The position numbers and the translations under genes are program-made. The notes under the pieces are model-generated. The model did no database searches, was not told where the DNA came from, and worked only from the letters and a program-made list of their open reading frames with translations. From an uncultured Actinomycetes bacterium (GTDB lineage: Bacteria > Actinomycetota > Thermoleophilia > RBG-16-64-13): a stretch of 64,000 bases of DNA. The stretch lies in contig CAWFCL010000010.1 in the NCBI GenBank assembly GCA_963814365.1, positions 7,342-71,341 on the forward strand, in the 5' to 3' direction. Positions 8,438-19,316 of this stretch are shown piece by piece. Numbering within the stretch: position 1 is the first letter of the stretch; every line of letters starts with the position of its first letter.

Positions 8438-9738
8438 GTGAGGGTCACAGAGAAGCTAGTCCTACGCAGGCCTCGCATCTTCTATGGATGGTACGTACTG
8501 GCGGCCTCTTTCGCGCTGCTCTTCGTCGGCGCGGCAGCCCAGGCGCTCTTCGGACTCCTGGTGAAACCCATGCAGGTCGAATTCGATTGGAGCCGCGGCG
8601 CGGTCACCTCCGCCGCGCTCGTCAATCTCACCGTCTACGCCGTGTCCCTGTTGGTGACGGGCCGCCTTTACGATCGCTGGGGCCCAAAGTGGGTAGTAGC
8701 CGGATCGGCGGTTTTGGTCGCGCTGGGCTACTCGCTGATGTCCACCATCCATTCCCTCTGGCAGTTCCTTCTCTACTACGGCGTCCTGGCCGCCGCCGGT
8801 TTTGGCGGGACGTCCATAGCGCTCTTCGGCTCCATCATGGGGCGTTGGTTCGAGAAGCGCAGGGGATTAGCCATAAGCCTAGCCCTGGCCGGTTACCCTA
8901 TCGGCCAGTTCGTCCTGATACCCCTGCTTTCCGATGCCATCGCGATCGACGGCTGGCGCTCCACCTGCCTGTGGATAGCCGCGATAACGCTGGTAGCCAC
9001 CCTCGCGCTCACCTTTGGAGTCATACGCGGCGACCCCGCCAAGTTGAAGATGAGGCCATATGGCAGCGACTCCCCAGACTCAGGTCCGGGGGACACGGCG
9101 CCCCGACTGCTGGAGAGACTGTCGATGCGCTGCAAGTCGCGATTCCCGCCGACGACTTGTCGCTGACCCAAGCCATGCGCACGCGGTCACTGTGGCTCTT
9201 TACCGTGGTCATGTTCGTCTGCGGAGCGGGTGACTACCTGCTGGTCAACCACCTCGTAGCCATGGTGACCGACTACGGCATCTCGGAGGCGGCAGGGGCC
9301 GGCATGCTGGCCTGGTCGGGGCTGATGGGGCTAGCGGGGCTGCTGATCGCCGGCCCCGTCGTCGACGCCGTGGGCAACAAGCTGCCTGTCGCCGCTACCT
9401 TCGCGCTCAGGACCATCCTGTTCGCCATGCTGCTCTTCACCAAGGGCACGGCCGTCTTCTGGGTGTTCGCGCTGGGCATGGGCTTCACCCTGCCTATCAC
9501 GGCGCCCATACTGCCCACCCTGGTGGGCAAGCTCTATGGCATCCGCCACATAGGCTTCATATGCGGGTTCGTGACCACCGTCCACATGCTGGGCGGAGGA
9601 TTGTGGTCGTATCTGGGCGGAGTCATCTTCGACCACACTCAGAAGTACGACATGGTCATGCTCATCTCCGCCATCGCGTCGGCCGTGGCAGTGGTCTGCA
9701 CCCTGCTGATCCGCGAGGAACGGCATCTGCCCCGATAG
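8438..9738 (+). pseudogene. MFS transporter (oxalate/formate antiporter-like), one frameshift as assembled
   Basis: The N-half is in the frame of 8438..9166 (YGWYVLAASFALLFVGAAAQALFGLL...). The C-half is in the frame of 8488..9738 (DDLSLTQAMRTRSLWLFTVVMFVCGAGDYLLVNHL...). The switch lies somewhere in ~9085-9150. Confidence 0.8.
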
Positions 9739-9800
9739 GGCGCCTCGCGCCGAACCGCGTGGCGCGCGACGCCGCGGCGGCCCTGACGGTGCGCCGTCCG

Positions 9801-10643
9801 CTACATCTTGGCCATCTTGTCGTCTTTGTACTCGACCTTGTCGAACTCGTGCGACGACTTCACCAGGTTGAACGAGTACATCTCGGCATAGACGTGCTGA
9901 CGCAGGTTCTGCTCCACCACTTCGCGCCACGGGCGCGCGGCCACGTGATGGGTCAGGCGGCGGGTGGAGCGGCTGGTCTTCATGAGTATGCGGGCGATCT
10001 CCCAAGCGCGTTCGACGATCTGGTCGCGCTCGACGATCTCGTTCACCGCGCCCAGCCGCAGGCAGGTCTCGGCGTCGATGCCCTGGTTCAGGTAGCTCAT
10101 GTAGTTGCCGCGCTTGATGCCCAGGATCTTCTGCAACGCCAGGGTCATGCCGTCACCGGGCACATGGCCCATGAGGAAGTGGTCGTCTTGCAGGATGAAG
10201 TCCGGGGTGCACAGGGTGATGTCGCTCATCATGGCCATCTCCCAGTGGATGCCCCGGCCGTTGATGGCGGTGATGGTGGGGATCTCGATGTCGTTGACGA
10301 AGTTCTCGACCACCTTCAGCGTGTCGTAGATCTGCACGTTGAAGCGCTGGTCGTCGTCGTCGGACTGCTCCACGTCCTTGAACGAACTCGCGTCCACCTC
10401 GTTGATCCACTTCTCGCCGGTGGCCGTGAAGATGAGGATCTCGTTCTTGGTGTCGTGGCCGATCTGAGTCCAGAGCTCGGAGATGGCATGGTGCATCTGA
10501 TAACTCCAGCGCACGTGGCTATCCAAGGTGTGCATGCGCACCTCGAGGATGCCGTCCTCGGACCTCTTGAACTTGAAGAAGCGCTCGAACCGCTTTGAGT
10601 ACTCCTCAAGCGTGGGCATGTGGACGTAGTCTTGTTCCGCCAT
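9801..10643 (-). CDS. enoyl-CoA hydratase/isomerase (crotonase) superfamily protein
   Basis: 280 aa with a crotonase-fold pattern: ILIFTATGEKW..., PTITAINGRGIHWEMAMMSDITL. Confidence 0.8.
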   Translation of the reverse strand: MAEQDYVHMPTLEEYSKRFERFFKFKRSEDGILEVRMHTLDSHVRWSYQMHHAISELWTQIGHDTKNEILIFTATGEKWINEVDASSFKDVEQSDDDDQRFNVQIYDTLKVVENFVNDIEIPTITAINGRGIHWEMAMMSDITLCTPDFILQDDHFLMGHVPGDGMTLALQKILGIKRGNYMSYLNQGIDAETCLRLGAVNEIVERDQIVERAWEIARILMKTSRSTRRLTHHVAARPWREVVEQNLRQHVYAEMYSFNLVKSSHEFDKVEYKDDKMAKM

Positions 10644-10804
10644 CGCTGCTCACTCCTGTGTTTGGAAAGATTCGGGTCACGCAGTCTGGACGACCTCGCA
10701 CCCGGGACTAGTGGGTGAACAGTATAGCGCCGGCAAAGGTGCCCATGGCGCCGGCGCCCATCACAGCGATGCGGCCGCCGAGCGTGCGTCGTTCTGCGCT
10801 CAAC

Positions 10805-11143
10805 CTAGGACTGTTCCTTGTCTCGAATGCGCCTGAGGATGTCCCGATAGTACTTCAGATGCCAGCTGAGGTGGAACAGTGAGACCACCGTCATCACGAC
10901 CCCCGCCTCGACGTGCCAGAACAGCAGGTTGACGGGCGAACTGAACAGCAAAAGGTAGTCTCGCCGGATAGCCAGGATCAGACCGAATACCGCCGTCGTC
11001 AGGAACGTGACAAGCAAGAGCACGTTCCACACCTTGCGATGAGTGGTGACTCGGATAAGCTTCGTCTTGTAGAGGACGAAGCTCACGGCATAGATGGCGA
11101 ACAGGGCGATAGCGATGGGGCTGACGTTGTAGTGAGTGGACAA
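10805..11143 (-). CDS. small 3-4 TM membrane protein with conserved His, partner of the adjacent Moco protein
   Basis: 112 aa, hydrophobic, with His in TM segments (HRKVW, WHVEAG, FHLSWH). It lies immediately downstream of the YedY-like gene. I recall such proteins as DUF4405-like, but this is unverified. Confidence 0.6.
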   Translation of the reverse strand: MSTHYNVSPIAIALFAIYAVSFVLYKTKLIRVTTHRKVWNVLLLVTFLTTAVFGLILAIRRDYLLLFSSPVNLLFWHVEAGVVMTVVSLFHLSWHLKYYRDILRRIRDKEQS

Positions 11144-11204
11144 GGACAGCCCCTATGCGCCCAGGGACGCGCGGGCGCCTCGAGATAGCCGGAGTTGAAC
11201 CGAC

Positions 11205-11909
11205 CTACTCAAAAGCGGGCCCGCCGACCTCAGCGTCGTTGCTGTAGCCGCCGCGCTCCCAGAAGCCCCGGAACTCCGTGTCAGCCGACAACTCTATCCT
11301 GGTGACCCATTTGGCCCACTTGTAGCCGTACTTGCTCTTGGCCACCACCTGGAACGGGAACCCTCTGGAGTAGGGCAAGGTGATGTCGTTCAGCTTCAGC
11401 GCAAGAATGATGTCGTTCTGCAGTATGTAGTCCAGGGTAAGTGAGGTGTAGCCGGTGGGCACGTCCGCCGAGTAGAAGATCGCGATTAGCGCTTCGGGTT
11501 CGACCCCGGCGTCCGCCAATATCTCGCCGAGCTTCGGCCCCGTCCACTTCGCCGTGAAACTCCAGCCCTCTACGCAGTCAAGATCCATCAACCAGGACTG
11601 CTGCTGGTATGCCTGCAGGTCGGCGTACGAGAGAGATAGGGGCGTCTCCACCAAACCATCCACCGTGAGCGTGTAGGTGTCCTTGTCTATGACCTGCGTG
11701 CCCGCCAACGCGTTGTTGCGCTGCTGGTCTATGGGCGTCAGCTGGACGCCCTCGAACTCGGTGGCTTCGACCTCGCCGGTCACCTGCGGGCCTGAATTGT
11801 CGCCATCCGCTGCAGACCCGCCACTCCCGCAGCCTTGGACCATCAGCCCCGCACCAAGCATCATCGACACGAACATCAGCGTGACCACGGTAGTCTTCTT
11901 GGTACTCAT
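11205..11909 (-). CDS. molybdopterin-binding oxidoreductase domain protein (sulfite-oxidase/YedY-MsrP fold), lipoprotein
   Basis: LDCVEGWSFTAKWTGPKLGEIL...GFPFQVVAKSKYGYKWAKWVTRIEL is typical of the SUOX-fold Moco domain. Lipobox LMVQGCGSGG. ATG at 11909 is preceded by GGGGGA. Confidence 0.8.
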   Translation of the reverse strand: MSTKKTTVVTLMFVSMMLGAGLMVQGCGSGGSAADGDNSGPQVTGEVEATEFEGVQLTPIDQQRNNALAGTQVIDKDTYTLTVDGLVETPLSLSYADLQAYQQQSWLMDLDCVEGWSFTAKWTGPKLGEILADAGVEPEALIAIFYSADVPTGYTSLTLDYILQNDIILALKLNDITLPYSRGFPFQVVAKSKYGYKWAKWVTRIELSADTEFRGFWERGGYSNDAEVGGPAFE

Positions 11910-12032
11910 CGATCCCCCATTCTGTGGGTGTGCCTCACTCGTACCCATGCGACGGGGAAAGAATGCCTGCGGGTCCCCTCATGCGGCACCGGCGCAGAGG
12001 CACCGGCAGCGCCTGTGCTCGGGCGGCCCGCC

Positions 12033-12683
12033 CTAGCCCAAGTACTCCGCGTCGCCGGTCACAAAGTAGCGCACCTGTTCGGCCAGGTTGACCGCGTGAT
12101 CTCCGACCCGCTCGAAGTAGCGCCCCAGCATCGCCAGCCTGATGGCCCCCGCGACCGCCTCGTCGCCCTTCAGTTCTAGAATGGCCGCGATCACCTGCCC
12201 GTGTAGCTCATCGGAGCGGTCGTCTTGCCGCTCGACACTCGCGGCCAGGGTCTCGTCCTTCTGCGCCCAGGCATCTATGCTGGCGGCCAGTACCTCGGCC
12301 GATGCGGCGCCCAGTTGCGCCAGCAGGCTGCGCACCTCTTTGAACCCCTGCTCCGGAACGCATTCCGCCTGCACCAGCTTGGCGACGTTGTAGGCGATAT
12401 CTCCGGTGCGCTCCAACTCGCTTATCGCCCCCAGTATGGCGACCACCAGCCGCAGGTCGCCGGCCACCGGAGCCTGCTGGGCCATCAAGGCCAGGCAGCG
12501 CTTCTCGATGTCCATGAACATTGCGTCTATCTCATCGTCGCCATCACGCACTCGCTGGGCAAGCGCCTTGTCGTCCTCGATGAAGGCCTTCGTGGCTAGG
12601 TGGACACTCTTCTCCACCATAGCCCCCATGGCGACCACGCCTTGGTCGAGACTCTCCAGCTCCTTGTGAAACGCATCTCTCAT
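12033..12683 (-). CDS. phoU: phosphate signalling complex protein PhoU
   Basis: 216 aa with two PhoU repeats (E.R...D.I..) and pst operon context. Confidence 0.9.
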   Translation of the reverse strand: MRDAFHKELESLDQGVVAMGAMVEKSVHLATKAFIEDDKALAQRVRDGDDEIDAMFMDIEKRCLALMAQQAPVAGDLRLVVAILGAISELERTGDIAYNVAKLVQAECVPEQGFKEVRSLLAQLGAASAEVLAASIDAWAQKDETLAASVERQDDRSDELHGQVIAAILELKGDEAVAGAIRLAMLGRYFERVGDHAVNLAEQVRYFVTGDAEYLG

Positions 12684-12702
12684 CTCATGCCCTCCTGGGC
12701 TT

Positions 12703-13599
12703 CTAGCCGAAGCGGCCCGATACGTAGTCGTCCGTGCGCTTGTCTCGCGGTCGCGTGAATATCTGCCCTGTCTCGCCGAACTCCACTAGTATCCCCCAGC
12801 GGGCGGACGATGCTTCGTCCACCTCGGTGTAGAGAAAGGCGGTCTCGTCTGATACGCGCGCTGCCTGCTGCATGTTGTGCGTCACTATGATGATGGAGTA
12901 GTCCTGTTTGAGTTCCTGCATCAGGTCTTCGACGCGAGTGGTGGCAATAGGGTCGAGGGCCGAGGCCGGCTCATCCATCAGGATAACGTCCGGCTCGACG
13001 GCGATCGCCCGCGCGATACACAGGCGTTGCTGCTGGCCGCCCGATAGATCCAAGGCGCTCTTCTTGAGCTTCCCCTTGACCTCGTCCCACAGAGCGGCAC
13101 GCTGCAAAGACCGTTCGACCAGTTCGTCCATATCGCCCTTATACCCGTTGATCTTGGCGCCGAAGGCGACGTTGTCATAGATGCTCTTGGGGAAGGGGTT
13201 CGGACGCTGGAAGACCATCCCGATACGACGGCGCACCGCCACCGGGTCGACTCCCGGAGCGTAGATGTCCTCGCCGTGATAGAGCACCTGGCCGGACACC
13301 TGCGCACCGGGGATCAGTTCGTTCATGCGATTGAAACAGCGTATGAGCGTGCTCTTGCCACAGCCAGACGGACCGATGATGGCCGTGATGCGCCGCGGCT
13401 TGATGTCCATGGTCACGCCCTTTAGGGCCAAGCTCTTGCCGTAGTGCACGCCCAAGTCCTTGACCGAGAAGACGGGCTTCTCGTCCGCCGCTCTCGCCCG
13501 CCCGCTGTCGGAATCCGACCGGGCAGCCACCTCGGCCAGCGATCGTGTTTCGGGGCGCTCCACTTCCGCACCCGCCGTAGAAAGGGTCTCCTGATTCAT
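12703..13599 (-). CDS. pstB: phosphate ABC transporter ATP-binding protein PstB
   Basis: Walker [10 protein letters not shown], signature LSGGQQQRL, Walker B ILMDEP, and the PstB-specific [13 protein letters not shown] at 13599 (MNQETL). The tracked 594-aa ORF carries a spurious upstream extension. Confidence 0.95.
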   Translation of the reverse strand: MNQETLSTAGAEVERPETRSLAEVAARSDSDSGRARAADEKPVFSVKDLGVHYGKSLALKGVTMDIKPRRITAIIGPSGCGKSTLIRCFNRMNELIPGAQVSGQVLYHGEDIYAPGVDPVAVRRRIGMVFQRPNPFPKSIYDNVAFGAKINGYKGDMDELVERSLQRAALWDEVKGKLKKSALDLSGGQQQRLCIARAIAVEPDVILMDEPASALDPIATTRVEDLMQELKQDYSIIIVTHNMQQAARVSDETAFLYTEVDEASSARWGILVEFGETGQIFTRPRDKRTDDYVSGRFG

Positions 13600-14585
13600 G
13601 CTGACACTCGACTCCTTGAAGACATGATGCGCGCGACCACCGTGAACACCAACACTATAAAGAGCAGTTCCAAAGCGCCGGCCCAGGCCCGAGCCTGGGC
13701 GGCTGCGAACGGCTGGCCCGCACCGCTGTAGATGAGAAGGGTGAGCGACGAGATAGGTGCGTCGGTGAGCTTGGTCACCAGGTGCAGCGAGCCCAGCGCT
13801 GTCATTATCAGCGGCGCGGTCTCGCCCGCGGCGCGGGCCACCGCCAACATCACGCCGGTGGTGAGCCCCGGCGCCGCCGAAGGCAGCACGACTTTGGTGA
13901 CGGTCTTCCACTTGGGCGCCCCGAGCGCGTAGCTGGCATCCTTGAGCTCGTTGGGCACCAGCTTGAGCATCTCTTCGCTCGAGCGGACGATGATGGGCAT
14001 CATGATCAACGCCAGTGACGCCGCCCCCATCAGGGCTCCGTACTTGAACTTCACCACCAACGCCGTGTAGACGAACACACCCACAAAGATGCTGGGCACG
14101 CCGGTCATCACGTCGCTGAAGAAGCGGATGAGCTTGGCCAGGAAGTTGGTCTTGCCATATTCCACCAGGTATACGGCGGCCAGGATCCCAAAAGGTATAG
14201 AGACCACACACGCTAGACCCACCATGATGGCCGTGCCTACCAAGCCGTTCAGGAAACCGCCGCCCTCTTTCATCATGCTGAAGGGCAAGGACTGGCTCAG
14301 GAACTCCCAGCTCATGGCCGAGCCACCTTTGATGACTATCTGCACGATGATCCACACCACAGGGATGAGCGTGAGCCCGACAGAGATGGCTATGAGTGTG
14401 GTCAGGCTGCGGTCGCGCACCAACCTGTGCCTGGCCGGCCGGGCTCCCTTGAGGCCCGCACCGAGGTCGGCGTGAGGTCCGGCCCACCGAGCCGACCGGC
14501 TCCCGGCATCCACGCCGGGTGTGGTCGCACCCGAGACCCGGTCGCTCGCGCGGTTCGTGTCCTTCTTTCGTAGTCTGATGTTCAT
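13596..14585 (-). CDS. pstA: phosphate ABC transporter permease PstA
   Basis: Starts at ATG 14585 (MNIRLRKKD), overlapping the corrected pstC stop (ATGA). Permease EAA-type motif [11 protein letters not shown]. Confidence 0.9.
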   Translation of the reverse strand: MNIRLRKKDTNRASDRVSGATTPGVDAGSRSARWAGPHADLGAGLKGARPARHRLVRDRSLTTLIAISVGLTLIPVVWIIVQIVIKGGSAMSWEFLSQSLPFSMMKEGGGFLNGLVGTAIMVGLACVVSIPFGILAAVYLVEYGKTNFLAKLIRFFSDVMTGVPSIFVGVFVYTALVVKFKYGALMGAASLALIMMPIIVRSSEEMLKLVPNELKDASYALGAPKWKTVTKVVLPSAAPGLTTGVMLAVARAAGETAPLIMTALGSLHLVTKLTDAPISSLTLLIYSGAGQPFAAAQARAWAGALELLFIVLVFTVVARIMSSRSRVSA

Positions 14586-15536
14586 CAGTTCTTGAACCGC
14601 CAGACCATGGCCCTCGCGGCCATGTTGACGATGATGGTTATGACGAACAGCACCACACCGGCGCCCACCAGGGCGCTCACCGTGCAGACCGGTGGCCTCG
14701 CCCCAGCTGTTGGCTATCAGTCCGGCGATGGAGCCGCCCGGCTTGAAGATAGAGGCGCTTATGGTCGGGCTGGAGCCGATGAGCAGAGCCACCACTATGG
14801 TCTCGCCCAGGGCCCGACCCAGACCCAGCATGGTCGCGCCCACCACTCCGCCCTTACTGCGCGGCAGTACCGCCTGCTTGATCATCTCCCACCTGGTAGC
14901 GCCCAGCGCGAAGGCGGCGTGCCTGTCGGCGACAGGTACCGCACGGAACACCTCCCGCGTCAGCGAGGTGATGATGGGCAGGATCATGATGGCCAGGATG
15001 ATGCCGGCAGCGAAGTAGGAGAGACCGGTGGACGGGCCGCCGAAGATGGGTATGAAGCCCAGGTACTTGGCCAGGAAGTCGCTCACCGGCCGCAGCACCC
15101 ACGGCAGCACCACCCACACTCCCCAGAGTCCGTAGATGACGCTGGGCACCGCGGCCAGCAGGTCGACTGCGTATTCGATAGGAGACCGCAGCCACTTGGG
15201 CGCGTACTCGGTAAGGAACAGGGCCACCCCCATGCTCATCGGGACGGCCAGTATCAGGGCGATGATCGAGGTGACGACGGTTCCGTAGATGAAGGGCAGT
15301 ATCTCGTACGACCCCTTGCTGGGAGCCCATTCACTGCCGGTGACAAAGGAGATGCCCTCCGCTTGAAACACGGGCACGGCCGTGCGTGTGGTGGAGATGA
15401 CCATCCAGGCAAGGGCAAACAGCACCAAGAGTCCGCAAGCGCCCGCGAGGATGGCGAAGAGGGAGTCGGCCCTGCGGCCGACCCCCTTCTTCTTCCAGAT
15501 ACTCGCGGATCTGCGGGTATCGGGGAGGGAGGACAT
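14585..15536 (-). pseudogene. pstC: phosphate ABC transporter permease PstC; 1-nt frameshift ~30 codons before the stop fuses it in frame to pstA as assembled
   Basis: After ...NSWGEATGLH the given frame reads GERPGGRRCG.... Removing one G in the run at ~14680 gives [31 protein letters not shown] with stop at 14585-14587. Confidence 0.85.
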
Positions 15537-15543
15537 GTCCGCG

Positions 15544-16654
15544 CTACTGGCCAATCAGTTCCACCTTCGCCAGAGCTGCCGCCTTGAGTGACTCGGGCAG
15601 GGGAGCGTAGCCCAAGTTGCGTGGCTATCGCGGTGCCGTCGTCGCCCAGCGCCCACACCAAGAAGGCTTTGAGAGCCTCAGCCTTGGCCGCATCGGGCAT
15701 CTTGTCGTAAGCCAGGATGTAGGTGCCGGTCACGATAGGGTAGGCCTGCGGGTTGGCGCTGTTGCTCACCAGCGCCAGCAGGTCCAGGTCCTCGGGGATC
15801 TCGATGCCGTCGGCGGCTGCAGAGGTGCTCTCCAGGCTGGGAGCGATGAAGTTACCCGAAGAGTTCTCCATCTCCGCCATGGTCATGTCGGCCAGCACCG
15901 CGTAGGCAAGCTCCAGGTAGCCGATCGAGCCCTCGGTCTGAAGTACCACGGCAGCCACGCCGTCGTTGCCCTTGCCGCCGACCCCCACGGGCCAGCTGAC
16001 TTCTTTACCCTTGCCTGGACCGGCCTCCCATTCAGCGTTGACCGCCGTCAGGTAGCTGGTAAAGGCGTTGGTGGTGCCCGAGGAGTCAGAACGATGCACG
16101 GTCTGGATAGCCTCGCTCGGCAGGGCCACGCCAGGGTTGAGAGCAGCTATGGCCGGATCGTCCCAACTGTTGATCGTTCCAAGGAAGATGCCCGCCGCTG
16201 TATCGGAGTCCAGCCTCAGCTCGTCCACGCCGGGCAGGTTGTAGGCGAGCACGATAGCCCCAAAGACCGTGGGGATGTGTATGACCGTGGCCCCAGGACG
16301 AGCAGCTTCAGCGGCGCTGAGCTCCTCAGCCTTCATGTAGGCGTCGGTGGCGCCGAAATCGACGGTCTGAGATGTGAACTGCTCGATGCCGGCACCTGAG
16401 CCGACGCCCTGATAGTTGACCCTTACGCCGGGGTTGGCCGTCTGGAAGCCGCCGATCCACTCGACGTAGACCGGCTGGGGAAAGGTTGCGCCGGCGCCGT
16501 TGAGGTCGGCAGACAGACCAGTGTCATCCGTGCCCGCTGTACTCCCGGCGGAGCCGCATCCGGCCGCCAGAACGCTCACGACCGAAACGACCACCACTGC
16601 CGCGACCACCATGACCGCTAAGCCCTTGCGCTTCTTCGAACGATACGGAGTCAT
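15544..16654 (-). pseudogene. pstS: phosphate-binding lipoprotein PstS; 1-nt frameshift near the 3' end as assembled
   Basis: MTPYRSKKRKGLAVMVV...LAAGCGS lipobox, and GAGATFPQPVY, SGAGIEQF, SDSSGTT motifs. After ...AIATQLG the corrected frame (one base fewer in the GGG run at 15611-15613) gives YAPLPESLKAAALAKVELIGQ* with stop at 15544-15546. Confidence 0.85.
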
Positions 16655-16693
16655 CCCTGTCTTCCTCACTTTCGCTGTCTTCTTCTTACATCG

Positions 16694-16712
16694 GTGGACA
16701 ACCTTTGTCCAC
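16694..16712. promoter_or_regulatory. perfect 8-3-8 palindrome in the pstS / response-regulator divergent promoter region
   Basis: GTGGACAA-CCT-TTGTCCAC, followed by TTGACA at 16715-16720. Candidate operator; its identity is unknown. Confidence 0.3.
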
Positions 16713-16831
16713 GATTGACAGCGTAATCCCTTCACTGCAATCTGGTGTTAACGCTCGGTTACCTATATGTTAAAAGTCGGGTCACGCCAGATCGACTGGC
16801 CAAGCCACAACTGAGAGCGGAGGTGGCGCGG

Positions 16832-17536
16832 ATGGAGCCGGAGAGCAAGTGCATCCTCCTGGTCGAGGACGACCCGACCATCTCCGACCTCCTGGCCTAC
16901 AACCTGACCCGCGCCGGATACGAGGTGCTGCAAGAAGGCAACGGTCGCGCGGGGCTCGAATCGGCCCTCAATCACCAGATAGACCTGGTGCTCATGGACC
17001 TCATGCTCCCCGGGCTGGACGGCATGACGGCGGCCAAAGAGGTCCGCCGGCGCAAGCCGGACGTCCCCATCATAATGCTCACCGCTCGCGGAGAGCGCGA
17101 GACCATCTTGGAGGGCTTCGAATCCGGTGCCGACGACTACGTGACCAAGCCGTTCGACCTGGACGTGCTGCTGGCCCGCATAGCCGCGCGCCTGCGGCGC
17201 AGCCCGTCCGCGTCGCCGCCGGCCGAGGCGGCCGCGGCTCCCCTGGTGATAGAAGACCTGACGCTGGATAGCGACGCCCACGAGGCGCACACCAGTCTGG
17301 GTAAGATCGCCCTCAACCCAAAGGAGCACGACCTCCTCGCCCTGCTGCTGTCTCGGCCCGGCCATCTCTTCCCTCGCGAGGAGATAGTCCAGAAGGTCTG
17401 GCACCAACGCTACATGCCGGCCTCCCGTACGCTCGACGTGCATGTGCGCCACGTGCGCGCCAAGCTCGAGGAGATACAAGCCAAAGTCACCATCCTCGCC
17501 GTTCGCGGCGTGGGTTACAGGCTGGGGCCAGTCTGA
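16832..17536 (+). CDS. OmpR/PhoB-family response regulator (Pho-type by context)
   Basis: ATG at 16832 with GAGCGGAGG RBS. Receiver ILLVEDDPTISDLL...DLVLMDLMLPGLDG...TKPF. Winged-helix C-terminus LRTLDVHVRHVRAKLE...VRGVGYRL. Confidence 0.9.
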   Translation: MEPESKCILLVEDDPTISDLLAYNLTRAGYEVLQEGNGRAGLESALNHQIDLVLMDLMLPGLDGMTAAKEVRRRKPDVPIIMLTARGERETILEGFESGADDYVTKPFDLDVLLARIAARLRRSPSASPPAEAAAAPLVIEDLTLDSDAHEAHTSLGKIALNPKEHDLLALLLSRPGHLFPREEIVQKVWHQRYMPASRTLDVHVRHVRAKLEEIQAKVTILAVRGVGYRLGPV

Positions 17537-19316
17537 TGCGCCTGCGCTGGAGACTACCCCTGGCTTTCGTGCTGGCGACTGCCGTTCTCGCGGGCGCGGT
17601 GGCACTGGTCTCGGCCCTGATGCTGCGGGGACTGTTTCTAGACCGCTTGCAGGACGACATGGCTCGACACGCGCAGCAATACGCAGCCGTCCTTTCCTTG
17701 GCAGGCGACGAGGCCACCACCCCGGATTCCCTACAGGCACTCACGAAGGCTACCGGCTCGGCGAGCGAGGTCAGACTGACCCTGATATCCAAGGACGGTA
17801 CGGTGCTGGCAGACTCCGAGGCCGAACCCGCTGCCCTGGACAACCACGCGACCAGGCCCGAGGTAGCTCAGGCGTTGGCCGGACACGAAGGCAGAGCCCG
17901 CCGCGACTCGGCCACCTTGGGTGTGGCGGAAGTCTACGTGGCCATCCCGCTGCCACAGAGTGAGTATCCCTGGTCGCAGGGAGCCCTCCGCGCCGCGCTC
18001 CCTGCCACTCGCGTCGATGAGACGGTGTCGGCCTCTTGGCGCATCCCCCTGATCGTCTGGGCCGTGCTACTGCTGCCTACCATCGCTATCGCCTACCTCT
18101 TCTCCCGCTCGCTCACTCGGCCCATAGGTCGCCTGGTGGGCGTGGCCGGCCGCGTAGCCGACGGCGACCTCGCCGCCCGCAATGCGGAGCTCCGCCGCGA
18201 CGAGTTGGGCCAGCTGGCGCGCGAACTCAACCGCATGACCGAACAACTGGAGCGCCGCGCCGACGAACTGGCCCGTGAGTCCGAACGCTCACGCGGAGTG
18301 CTGCGAGCCATGACCGAGGGCGTGGTACTGGTGGACGGCGACGGCAATCTGGTGCGCAGCAACCCGGCCACCACCGCGATACTGGGCGTCGAACTCGAGG
18401 GCAAAGAGGGCAAGCCGCTGGTGCACCTGGCCCGAGCCTTCCCCGCCGTCCGGCTTGCCCAGGCCGCCCGCGAAGCGGGCCGGCCCCTCACCGAGACAGT
18501 CGACTTACCCGACGGGCGGTCGCTCATGGTGGAGACGGTACCGCTTGGGTCCACGGCCAGAGAGCAGGGGCATACCCTCTTCGTCGTCCGCGACGAGACC
18601 GAACGCCGCAACACCGAAGCCATGCGACGCGACTTCGTCGCCAACGCCTCTCACGAGCTCAAGACCCCGCTCGCGGGCCTTTGTCTTACTCACCGACACT
18701 CTTGATGTCGCCCTGGGTGATGATCCTGAGAAGGCTCTGCAGTGTGTCGAGCGCCTGCGCACGGAGACTCAACGCCTCACCAACCTGACCAGCGATCTGC
18801 TCACCCTCTCTCAACTGGAAGAGCCGGAGACCCTCTGGGTCGACCACGTCGGCCCCGTGGACCTCGCCGCACTCGCGCGCGACGCCATCGAAGAAGTCAA
18901 GCCTCTCGCCGAGGCCAAACACCAGGAGTTGATCGTCGAAGCCCCCGCCGAGCTCGAACTCCAGGGCGACTCGGCGGCTCTGACCACGCTTATCCGCAAC
19001 CTACTGGACAACGCCATCCGCTATACCGACGAATCCGGTCACATCAGCCCTCCGTCTGCAGACGGCTGAAGACCCAGCCGGACACGGCTTCGCGATGCTG
19101 ACGGTGGAGGACGACGGACCCGGCATACCCGCCGCCGATCAGGCACGCATCTTCGAGCGCTTCTACCGAGTGGACAAGGCTCGCTCAAGAGAGACCGGCG
19201 GCACCGGTCTAGGACTCAGCATCGTCAAGCACGTGGTCGATAACCACGCAGGTCAGGTGACCGTCCAGAGCACGCTGGGCGTGGGCTCCACCTTCACCGT
19301 CACTTTGCCCAGGTAG
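17536..19316 (+). pseudogene. PhoR/SenX3-like sensor histidine kinase (TM-HAMP-PAS-HisKA-HATPase), two frameshifts as assembled
   Basis: There are three consecutive ORF pieces. H-box FVANASHELKTPLAG|(shift ~18680, TTT run)|LLTDTLDVAL. N/G boxes ...[16 protein letters not shown]|(shift at CCC 19048-19050)|[27 protein letters not shown]...[11 protein letters not shown]. Confidence 0.85.

Noticed and set aside
9561-10598. Long antisense or alternative-frame ORFs rich in Arg/Gly/His/Val. Examples are 9561..10598(+), 14592..15587(+), 16763..17740(-), 25691..26482(+), 31009..32400(+), 47420..48571(+), 53822..54667(-), 55028..56242 N-terminal part, 60190..61065(+), 62409..63746(+) and 37637..38620(-).
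   Set aside because: Each lies opposite or out of frame to a gene with clear family motifs and shows GC-driven low-complexity composition. This is the typical open-frame artefact of high-GC DNA.
12703-14487. 594-aa ORF extending PstB ~300 aa upstream
   Set aside because: The extension is Arg/Gly/His-rich, low-complexity, and overlaps pstA in another frame. PstB starts at ATG 13599.
13596-15554. 652-aa ORF that looks like a natural PstC-PstA fusion protein
   Set aside because: Removing one G in the run at ~14680 restores a canonical PstC C-terminus ([31 protein letters not shown]). Its stop overlaps an ATG that starts a normal PstA. The fusion is a by-product of a 1-nt indel.
15254-16735. 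493-aa PstS ORF with a long Pro/Ser/Arg-rich C-terminal extension overlapping pstC, and an upstream Lys/Arg-rich N-extension
   Set aside because: The tail is out of frame after a GGG-run indel at 15611-15613; the correct tail is YAPLPESLKAAALAKVELIGQ*. The real start is the ATG at 16654 before the lipoprotein signal.
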